From Bacteroidia bacterium (GTDB taxonomy: Bacteria; Bacteroidota; Bacteroidia; UKL13-3): a DNA stretch of 64,000 nt. A model generated the notes under the pieces. The model was not told the DNA's origin and made no database searches. It saw only the letters and a list, made by a program, of their open reading frames with translations. Positions 56,481 to 64,000 of the stretch are shown one piece after another; position 1 is the stretch's first letter, and each line of letters begins with the position of its first letter. Location of the stretch: positions 54,462-118,461 of the forward strand of contig JBILBF010000001.1 of assembly GCA_044353855.1 (NCBI GenBank), written 5' to 3'. The position numbers and the translations under genes were made by a program.

Positions 56481-57221
56481 ATGACACGTATAATTTGTGT
56501 ATTACTATGTGTTCATATTTTTAGTAATAGCTACGCACAAAAGATAAAAGACAATCAACTTTTAACTGCAAAAGGAATGATTGATTTTCAAATAGGTGTT
56601 GCCATTCCTGTTTTAGATTTTGGTTTAGCAAAACTTACTTTACCTGCGGGTTATGCAAAACCCGGCTATACTCTTAAACTCGGTCTGAATTATGATATCA
56701 ATTCATTTATAGGATTGGCGTTTCAATATCAACACACCAATAACCCTTACAACTCAACTAAACTATTACACGATTTACAGCAAAACAATTCTGGAGATAA
56801 GTACAACTCTTTTCGTTCCAATGCTTGGGAACTAAAAGGAATTATGTTGGGCGTTTATTATCCATTTAGAAGTTATAAAACGAGCGTTGATGTGCGTTTG
56901 ATGGGAGGGTTATTTACGGGTGTTTTTCCCGAATCAGAAACTAATTTTACAGCTCCTTCACTTAACAATATGGAACTCAACATTAAAACATTTGAAACAA
57001 CTGCATCACGCTTTGGTTATCAAGTTGGCTTAAAAATGCGGTATCAGGTATATCCAAAAATTATGTTAAGTGCGGGATTAGATTATACCCAAGCAGCTAT
57101 CGCGTTTAAAGATATTCGTGCCATAGAAACAAATAATAACATACCCCTAACAGTCAATTCTTATACCCAAAATTTTCAACTTGTAAGAATATCCTTAGGC
57201 GTTGGGCTTGCAATTAATTAA
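56481..57221 (+). CDS. Hypothetical outer-membrane beta-barrel protein
   Basis: Signal peptide ...SNSYA|Q; alternating amphipathic beta-strands; C-terminal aromatic residue pattern. Confidence 0.45.
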   Translation: MTRIICVLLCVHIFSNSYAQKIKDNQLLTAKGMIDFQIGVAIPVLDFGLAKLTLPAGYAKPGYTLKLGLNYDINSFIGLAFQYQHTNNPYNSTKLLHDLQQNNSGDKYNSFRSNAWELKGIMLGVYYPFRSYKTSVDVRLMGGLFTGVFPESETNFTAPSLNNMELNIKTFETTASRFGYQVGLKMRYQVYPKIMLSAGLDYTQAAIAFKDIRAIETNNNIPLTVNSYTQNFQLVRISLGVGLAIN

Positions 57222-57222
57222 T

Positions 57223-58596
57223 CTATTTTATTCCATACTCGCTCAATAAATAGAGCAAAGAGGAAATAGCTGCAGCTCCAAGTTCCAACTCTCGTTTATT
57301 TACTTTGTCAAACGTATCAATTGCGGTGTGGTGGTAATCAAAATAACGTTGAGAATCGGGAATATAACCTATTAATACTGTCCCATTTTTTGCCAATGGT
57401 TCAATATCTGTTCCACCATGTCCTTGCTTAATATAATCAATACTATAAGGCTTTAACAATGGCACCCATTTTTGCATATATGCAACAGCATCCATATTAT
57501 TTTCTACACCAAATGCGCGAGGTGTAAATCCTCCAGCATCACTTTCAATTGCAGCAATATGGTTTTCTTTTTGGGCTAACTCCGCATATTTTTTACCGCC
57601 ACGAACACCATTTTCTTCGTTCATAAACAGCACGCAACGGAGGGTTCGTTTGGGTTTATAACCCAATTTTTTAAGCAGTCTTAATGCTTCCATACTTTGC
57701 ACCACACCTGCACCATCATCGTGAGCACCATCTCCATTATCCCAAGCATCTAAATGGCCACCAGCCAATATTATTTCTTCCTTTTTTTCGCCACCGCGCA
57801 GTTCTCCAATTACATTATAAGATAACACATCGGGTAATTGTTGGCATGATTGTTTAAAATAAAAGGTGACAACACCAGCAGATTTTATGTTGAGTAAACG
57901 GCTCAAAGCATCTGCATCAACAGTACTTATGGCACATGCAGGTATTTTAACAATAGTATCAACATATCCCATCATACCGGTATGCGGGTTGGTATCATTA
58001 GCCAATGTTAAACTTCTTACCACCACGCCAACAGCACCATATTTAGCGGCTTCAATAGCTCCTCGTCCACGTTGATTACCCGCTTCGCCATATGCACTTC
58101 CAGTGGTTATATATGTTGGGTTCATGGGCCTGTTGTAAAACACAATCTTGCCTTTAATATTAGCCTCACCCAATTGTTCCAACTCTTTAAAATTGTGCAC
58201 TTCAATCACAGGTGCTTCCAAACCTTTTTCAGTTGTGGCAATCGAATTTCCTAATGCACAAATATGAACTGCTGTTTGTTTATTTCCTTTGGTCATATAG
58301 GCAACTTCTTTTTGCCCTCTTACCCAATGTGGCACCATTACTTCTTCCACATATACGGTATCCAATCCATAATTTTTCATCACACTTACTGTATACTCTA
58401 CCGCTTGTTGTGCTTGTGGCGAACCGCTTAACCGACCTCCAATGGTATTGCTTAAATAATCCAAAGCACTGTAACACTTTCCGTTGGTAAGCGCTTCGTT
58501 GTATATTCGTTTAAGCATCAACGAATCGGCATGTTGAGCTATACAATTGTTTGCCAAAAGACATCCAAACGAAAACAATAAAAATAGTTTATTCAT
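57223..58596 (-). CDS. M28-family metallopeptidase (aminopeptidase with PA-domain insert), secreted
   Basis: Signal peptide ...NNCIA|Q and M28 zinc-ligand pattern (H..D...EE...D...H region, with GAHDDGAG). Convergent with the 56481 gene, only 1 nt between their stops. Confidence 0.65.
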   Translation of the reverse strand: MNKLFLLFSFGCLLANNCIAQHADSLMLKRIYNEALTNGKCYSALDYLSNTIGGRLSGSPQAQQAVEYTVSVMKNYGLDTVYVEEVMVPHWVRGQKEVAYMTKGNKQTAVHICALGNSIATTEKGLEAPVIEVHNFKELEQLGEANIKGKIVFYNRPMNPTYITTGSAYGEAGNQRGRGAIEAAKYGAVGVVVRSLTLANDTNPHTGMMGYVDTIVKIPACAISTVDADALSRLLNIKSAGVVTFYFKQSCQQLPDVLSYNVIGELRGGEKKEEIILAGGHLDAWDNGDGAHDDGAGVVQSMEALRLLKKLGYKPKRTLRCVLFMNEENGVRGGKKYAELAQKENHIAAIESDAGGFTPRAFGVENNMDAVAYMQKWVPLLKPYSIDYIKQGHGGTDIEPLAKNGTVLIGYIPDSQRYFDYHHTAIDTFDKVNKRELELGAAAISSLLYLLSEYGIK

Positions 58597-58636
58597 GGTA
58601 AATATTACGTGTTAAAAGTATTGGGTTGAGTGCACA

Positions 58637-60574
58637 TTATTCCTTTACAAATCGTTGTGGTAATAGAATGTTTCCATCAGTTGTTTTTACAACAATAAAA
58701 TAAATCCCTTGTGCTAAATTTTGAACATTAAAGGTAGCTTGGTTTACCGTAAATTGTTGGATACCTAAAGCATCCAAAACAGTTACTGATTGGATGGGAA
58801 AATGAAGACTTTGAATAGTTATTGTAGATTGAACAGGATTAGGATAGTAATACATGCCGTTGCTGTTTTCGTGTTCATTTAATGAATTATACGTTGGGTC
58901 TTTTAACACTGTGGCTTTATTCATTAACCAATTATTAGGATCAATGGTTATGTTGCTAACGGTTCCAATCACCGGTATTTGAAATGTACAGTTTAATTGA
59001 TTGAAAGAGACCCTTACCAACGTATCGCCTTGTGGTTGTTTAACCAATATATCGAGGGGTGTTATAAATAATGGCGTTGTTACAGTGCTGGTGGTTTGAT
59101 TGGCTGCTATGTATACATTATTTCCTATTTGATTCCACTTTACAGCAAAGGAAGGATAACCTTCACCATAAAACCATTGAGCAAAAACTTGTGTAAAATC
59201 ATGGTTGGTAAATTGCTCCAACATTAATTTAAAATCGGCAGTACTTGCGGTTTTAAATGCAAATTGTTGTTGATAAGCCTTTAGAAATGCAAAAAACAAT
59301 GAATCGTTTTGAAGTTCGTAACGTAGAATATGAATAAATGCACTCCCTTTATTATAGGTTAAACGAGAATCGAACATACGCGATACATTGGTTGTATCTT
59401 CAAACCAAATACTTCCTCCAGGCGATTGCATAACAATATTGTGAACTGTTTGCATATGTGCAGGTGCTAAAGCTGAATCTAACTTTTGTAAAGCAACATA
59501 TTCTGTGTAGGATGCAAACCCTTCATTGAGCCATATATCATTCCATGTATTGCACGTAACATGATCGCCAAACCACTGATGACCGAGTTCATGAGCTACA
59601 ATTTCAAAATCTATTACGCCAATACTTGTCATCGTTTGATGTTCCATTCCTCCACTAAAAGGTGCCATTGCATGTCCATACTTTTCCTTTGCAAATGGAT
59701 AGGCTCCAAAAGTTTCCGAAAAGGTTTCTAACATTGGAGCAGTTTGATCCAATATCGGTTTAAATGTTATCAGTGTTTGTGGATTATCATATATATAATC
59801 TTGAATTAAAACCGAATCGCCATTGATTATTGCATACGTTTTATACTCTACATATTTGGCTACAGCAACTGATACTAAATAATAATCAATTGGGTATATT
59901 GACTTCCACTCGTAACGTACTTTATTATTAGGTAACGAAACTACTTGCTGTAACAAACCTTGCGAACCTGCTTTGTTTTCGGCAGAAGTAGTTATAAAAG
60001 TTACAGTCGAATCTATTTTATCTTGCAATGATTGTTTGCAAGGCCACCACTCATAAGCAGAATAGGGTTGACTAAGCGACCATGTTGCTTCGTTGCCCCA
60101 ACGGCCCGATTTACCTGTACTAAAACCCGCACCTATTGCCGCATTTGCTGCTGCTGGTGCTGTGCCGTGGTAATACATTTTTACATCAACAATTTGGTTA
60201 TTCAAAACTGGGATTGGAAGATGTACATAACAAAAATGTTGCACTCGGCTGAATGAAATATTATCTCCATTAGGCAACTCTACCGAATCAACCGTAAAGT
60301 TATTGTGTAATTCAACTCCAAAAGTATCCAATTGAGAAGATACAACTGTTGCACGGGTACGCACATTACCGCTAATGGTTGTTGAGGTGCGTTCAATCGC
60401 TAAATCTAACTGGTGAAAGGTTACATCATACTCATTCATGAGTTGCTGTTGCAATGTTGTTGCTGCTTTGTGATAGGCTTGCTGGTAAAATTTTTGTTTG
60501 CCTGCTGCGCAAAAATGTTGTTGGCCAAAAAGAGGAAACGAAAGGAACAACAAACAACCCGTGAATATTTTCAT
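58637..60574 (-). CDS. M1-family zinc aminopeptidase with a T9SS C-terminal sorting domain
   Basis: HELGHQWFG(x18)E gluzincin motif, GAMEN-like region and a signal peptide. The C-terminal YYPNPVQSTITIQ...GIYFIVVKTTDG is a T9SS type-A CTD. Confidence 0.8.
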   Translation of the reverse strand: MKIFTGCLLFLSFPLFGQQHFCAAGKQKFYQQAYHKAATTLQQQLMNEYDVTFHQLDLAIERTSTTISGNVRTRATVVSSQLDTFGVELHNNFTVDSVELPNGDNISFSRVQHFCYVHLPIPVLNNQIVDVKMYYHGTAPAAANAAIGAGFSTGKSGRWGNEATWSLSQPYSAYEWWPCKQSLQDKIDSTVTFITTSAENKAGSQGLLQQVVSLPNNKVRYEWKSIYPIDYYLVSVAVAKYVEYKTYAIINGDSVLIQDYIYDNPQTLITFKPILDQTAPMLETFSETFGAYPFAKEKYGHAMAPFSGGMEHQTMTSIGVIDFEIVAHELGHQWFGDHVTCNTWNDIWLNEGFASYTEYVALQKLDSALAPAHMQTVHNIVMQSPGGSIWFEDTTNVSRMFDSRLTYNKGSAFIHILRYELQNDSLFFAFLKAYQQQFAFKTASTADFKLMLEQFTNHDFTQVFAQWFYGEGYPSFAVKWNQIGNNVYIAANQTTSTVTTPLFITPLDILVKQPQGDTLVRVSFNQLNCTFQIPVIGTVSNITIDPNNWLMNKATVLKDPTYNSLNEHENSNGMYYYPNPVQSTITIQSLHFPIQSVTVLDALGIQQFTVNQATFNVQNLAQGIYFIVVKTTDGNILLPQRFVKE

Positions 60575-60587
60575 TAATTATGTATGT

Positions 60588-61271
60588 TTAGTTGTAAAAA
60601 GAACCGTTTTTCAGGTACAGTGTTTTGAGTAATGGACAAATTTTATAGCGTTCATCATGTGTATCTTGGTATATAGCTTCAAGGGTCTCATATACCTCTT
60701 TCACCCCTATATTATCAGCCCACTCAAACGGCCCAAATGGATAATTGGTTCCCAGTTTCATGCTAATATCAATATCGCGCATCGTTGCTGTTCCTTCTTG
60801 CACGGTATAGCAAGCTTCATTTATAATCATCAATATAATACGGGGCGTAATAAAACCCACTCTATCGGCAACCAACTTATACTCCCAACCCAATGGTGCC
60901 AATATACTTTTTAACACATCCGAATGGGAAGTATCCAACAATGAAACTTCGGCAAGGCTGCGGTTGATAAACGTTGGCAAAGCATTGATACCTATCAGCA
61001 CACAGTCGATTTTATAGCCGCAATGATGAGCCGCTTGCGCCAAACTTTTTTTGGCAGCCGATACAAAAACTGGCTTATCTTTTAATGGCGCGTATGCTGC
61101 AAGTGCAGTTGAGTGGTCATCAAAATTTAAATCGAAAATAATATCAAAGTCTTGCAGGTTTACTGTACCATAATTTTGGGTATCCAATACCGTCCAATCG
61201 ATAGAAATAGCCGAAAGTTTTTGTTTCAACTCATCTGTTTTTATTTTTTCTCCTCGTGCAAGAATCTTCAT
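60588..61271 (-). CDS. 3-hydroxyacyl-CoA dehydrogenase-like protein lacking the N-terminal GxGxxG NAD-binding loop (possible pseudo-enzyme)
   Basis: The C-terminal half (VADRVGFITPRIILMIINEA...DIDISMKLGTNYPFGPFEWADNIGV) matches 3HCDH. The N-terminus (MKILARGEKIK...) has no glycine-rich dinucleotide-binding motif, and the protein is about 55 aa shorter than canonical enzymes. Confidence 0.55.
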   Translation of the reverse strand: MKILARGEKIKTDELKQKLSAISIDWTVLDTQNYGTVNLQDFDIIFDLNFDDHSTALAAYAPLKDKPVFVSAAKKSLAQAAHHCGYKIDCVLIGINALPTFINRSLAEVSLLDTSHSDVLKSILAPLGWEYKLVADRVGFITPRIILMIINEACYTVQEGTATMRDIDISMKLGTNYPFGPFEWADNIGVKEVYETLEAIYQDTHDERYKICPLLKTLYLKNGSFYN

Positions 61272-61315
61272 GTTGGCAAACTATAATTGTAAACAAAAAT
61301 AACAAACCTACAACC

Positions 61316-61699
61316 ATGGAAAAGAAAATAATTACAAGCACCCATGCACCAGCACCTATAGGCCCTTACAGCCATGCCAACCTTATAGGCAATACACTTT
61401 ATGTATCGGGGCAAGTAGCCAAAGATGCTCAAACAGGCGAAATGATGCAAAGTGATATAAAAGTAGAAACACGCAAAGTGATGGAAAATGCAAAAGCCAT
61501 TTTAGCGGAAGCAGGTATGGATTTTACCCATGTGGTCAAAACAACTATTTTTTGTACCAACTTGGATGATTTTGCTGCCATCAATGAAGTGTATGGTTCA
61601 TTTTTCACCGGCAATTTTCCCGCACGTGAGACGGTACAAGTAGTTCGATTGCCGTTACATGCTAACGTGGAAATTAGTGTGGTGGCGGTGAAAGGGTAA
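61316..61699 (+). CDS. ridA: RidA/YjgF-family reactive enamine/imine deaminase
   Basis: APAPIGPYSHA..GNTLYVSGQ and C-terminal signature. The ORF track starts at 61256; the MEKKII start at 61316 fits the family length. Confidence 0.9.
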   Translation: MEKKIITSTHAPAPIGPYSHANLIGNTLYVSGQVAKDAQTGEMMQSDIKVETRKVMENAKAILAEAGMDFTHVVKTTIFCTNLDDFAAINEVYGSFFTGNFPARETVQVVRLPLHANVEISVVAVKG

Positions 61700-61866
61700 T
61701 TTATATTCAAGTTTTCATTAGAAAAAAACTAGGGAACTATTTATATTACCAAAGCCTGCTTCTACTCTTTCAAAAAATAGTGTATAAAATGTGTAGCATT
61801 TACGGGTAAAAAATTTGATTTTCGCCCGACACAAAAAAATTCTACTACAAATTACACCATTTCACT

Positions 61867-64000
61867 ATGTCAACACTTCGTTTTAAAGCACTTGAAATTG
61901 CTCAAAGCCGCGCACAAGTAAATGTAAATTTACCTTCTGCAAAGGTTTCCGATTATTTTAATATGAATGTATTTAACGATATGGCCATGCAATCTTTTTT
62001 ATCAAAAGAAGCATACAAAGCTGTTTCGAATGCAATTAATAGCGGAACAAAAATAGACAGGATAATGGCGGATCAAATTGCTGCTGGTATGAAAAACTGG
62101 GCAATGAGCAAAGGTGTTTCGCATTATACACATTGGTTTCAGCCTTTAACAGGCGCTACTGCCGAAAAACACGATGCCTTTTTTGAACCAACTGAAGATG
62201 GCCGAAGTATTGAAAAATTTGCAGGAAGTGCATTGGTGCAACAAGAGCCTGATGCCTCGAGTTTTCCTAACGGTGGCTTAAGAAATACCTTTGAAGCTCG
62301 CGGATACACTGCATGGGATCCATCATCGCCTGCTTTTATTATGGAAAGCCCTAATGGCAACACACTTTGTATTCCAACTATTTTTGTGGCCTACACAGGT
62401 GAGGCATTGGATTATAAAGCGCCTTTGCTTAAAGCTTTGCATGCTGTAGAATCAGCTGTGGTAAATATATGTGCAGCTTATTTTGACAAAAACATTAACA
62501 AAGCTATTGCCTCATTGGGCATTGAGCAGGAATATTTTTTGATTGATGCTGCTCTAAACAATGCTCGCCCCGATTTGATGTTAACCGGACGTACGTTGTT
62601 GGGTTTAGCTCCCGAAAAAGGACAACAATTAGAGGATCATTATTTTGGTTCAATCCCTCCACGCGTTCAAAGTTTTATGGTGGATTTTGAAATGGAATGT
62701 TACAAATTAGGTATACCCTTAAAAACACGCCACAATGAAGTAGCACCTTCGCAATATGAATGTGCGCCTATGTTTGAAGAAGTGAATTTAGCTATTGACC
62801 ACAACCAATTGCTAATGGATGTGATGGAAAAAGTAGCACAGCGCCATGGCTTTAAAGTATTGTTACATGAAAAACCTTTTGCTGGTGTAAATGGAAGTGG
62901 CAAACACAATAATTGGAGTTTGATTACCAACACAGGTGTAAACTTGCTTTCGCCTGGTAAAACTCCCGAAACCAACTTACAGTTTTTAACGTTTTTTGTA
63001 AACACCATCAAGGCTGTTTTCGATAATGCTGATTTGATGCGTGCAAGTATTGCTAGTGCCGCCAACGATCACCGCTTGGGAGCTAATGAAGCCCCTCCAG
63101 CCATTATGAGTGTATTTATTGGTTCGCAATTGACACAGGTATTAGAGGATTTAGTTTCGACCAAAGCTAAAACGGTGGTAAGCAAAAGCTCTAAAACATC
63201 TATTGATATTCAAAAAATACCTGAAATTTTATTGGATAATACCGATAGAAACAGAACATCACCTTTTGCCTTTACTGGAAATAAATTTGAATTCCGTGCC
63301 GTTGGATCATCCGCCAATAGCGCAAATGCAATGATTGTATTAAATGCAATAATGGCCGATCAGCTTACCAAATTTAAAACCGAAGTAGATGCCCAACTTA
63401 AAAAAGGCAAAAAGAAAGAAGAAGCTATTTTGGATATTTTGAAAGGGTACTATAAAGCTACCAAAAGTATTTTGTTTGAAGGAAACGGATATGGCGATGC
63501 TTGGGTAAAAGAAGCCGCTAAACGTGGTTTATCAAATGTGAAAACAACTCCCGAAGCATTGAATGCGTATATTTCGAAAACAGCCAAAACAGTTTTTGAC
63601 CGTAATGGTATTTTTAACGAACGTGAATTGGAGGCTCGTTATGAAATTATGCAAGAAAGCTATGTGAAAAAAATCGACATAGAAGCCAAAGTATTAGCCC
63701 AATTAGCTATTTCGCATGTTATTCCAAGTGCATTAAGTTACCAACTAAAGTTAAGCGAAAATGTAGCTGCTTTAAAAACAATTGGCATTGCTAAAACCGG
63801 TTACGAAGCACAGTTTAAATTTATTGAAGAAATTTCGAAATATGTAAAACATATACGTGAGAGTGTAGAAAAAATGATAGCTGAAGGCGACAAAGCTCAT
63901 CATATTGAAAACACACACAAACGGGCATTGGCATTTTGCCACAAAGTAAAACCCCTTTTTGATGAAATTCGCAAGAGCAGTGATGCGCTCGAGTTTATCA
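61867..64000 (+). CDS. glnA: Glutamine synthetase type III (GSIII); 5' part only, the gene continues past the window end
   Basis: MSTLRFKALEIAQSR..., VSHYTHWFQPLTGATAEKHDAFF and NGSGKHNNWS are characteristic of Bacteroidetes GlnN/GSIII. No stop within the window, so it is absent from the ORF track. Confidence 0.8.
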   Translation, partial: MSTLRFKALEIAQSRAQVNVNLPSAKVSDYFNMNVFNDMAMQSFLSKEAYKAVSNAINSGTKIDRIMADQIAAGMKNWAMSKGVSHYTHWFQPLTGATAEKHDAFFEPTEDGRSIEKFAGSALVQQEPDASSFPNGGLRNTFEARGYTAWDPSSPAFIMESPNGNTLCIPTIFVAYTGEALDYKAPLLKALHAVESAVVNICAAYFDKNINKAIASLGIEQEYFLIDAALNNARPDLMLTGRTLLGLAPEKGQQLEDHYFGSIPPRVQSFMVDFEMECYKLGIPLKTRHNEVAPSQYECAPMFEEVNLAIDHNQLLMDVMEKVAQRHGFKVLLHEKPFAGVNGSGKHNNWSLITNTGVNLLSPGKTPETNLQFLTFFVNTIKAVFDNADLMRASIASAANDHRLGANEAPPAIMSVFIGSQLTQVLEDLVSTKAKTVVSKSSKTSIDIQKIPEILLDNTDRNRTSPFAFTGNKFEFRAVGSSANSANAMIVLNAIMADQLTKFKTEVDAQLKKGKKKEEAILDILKGYYKATKSILFEGNGYGDAWVKEAAKRGLSNVKTTPEALNAYISKTAKTVFDRNGIFNERELEARYEIMQESYVKKIDIEAKVLAQLAISHVIPSALSYQLKLSENVAALKTIGIAKTGYEAQFKFIEEISKYVKHIRESVEKMIAEGDKAHHIENTHKRALAFCHKVKPLFDEIRKSSDALEFI

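Noticed and set aside
1-64000. tRNA, rRNA, tmRNA, RNase P, riboswitch, transposase, integrase and restriction-modification / defence-system genes
   Set aside because: By eye, no intergenic region has a tRNA-like cloverleaf signature (no GTTCGAATC-type T-arm) or rRNA-like conservation. No ORF resembles a transposase, recombinase, nuclease/methylase pair or known defence protein. A covariance-model scan (tRNAscan-SE / Infernal) would be the decisive check.

Overview
This is a low-GC (about one-third GC), Bacteroidetes-type chromosomal segment, probably from a Flavobacteriia-like gliding bacterium. Most of it is core housekeeping: purH; a complete rod-shape operon mreB-mreC-mreD-mrdA-rodA; deaD; panC; a DAHP synthase; glmS; sodA; tadA; aspS; cysS; ald; sucA; lnt; a thiolase; thiL; ruvX; def; an acyl-CoA ligase; ridA; and the 5' part of a type III glutamine synthetase. 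Among these sits a 3128-aa repetitive cell-surface protein with a type IX secretion (T9SS) C-terminal sorting domain. There are also T9SS-related genes: a PorV/PorQ-family outer-membrane protein translationally coupled to an NHL-repeat lipoprotein, an M1 aminopeptidase with a T9SS C-terminal domain, and an M28 lipoprotein that looks like a glutaminyl cyclase. Every signal-peptidase-I substrate in the window has Gln at +1. I found no tRNA, rRNA, CRISPR array, transposase or recognisable defence system. The signals I could not explain are all non-coding. (1) A roughly 130-bp intergenic element with conserved inverted-repeat termini and 11-bp-phased AATCTGTG half-sites, present twice. (2) A perfect 19-bp stop-codon-rich palindromic direct repeat that brackets a single-gene outer-membrane-protein module inserted between deaD and lutB. 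(3) A TCGAATTTCGA-type motif array immediately upstream of five unrelated genes, often with about 21-bp phasing. There are also two apparent pseudo-enzymes (a truncated glycogen-synthase-like protein and a 3-hydroxyacyl-CoA-dehydrogenase-like protein lacking the NAD-binding motif) and large internal module duplications inside the giant adhesin gene. All calls are by eye from the sequence and the ORF track; no searches were run.
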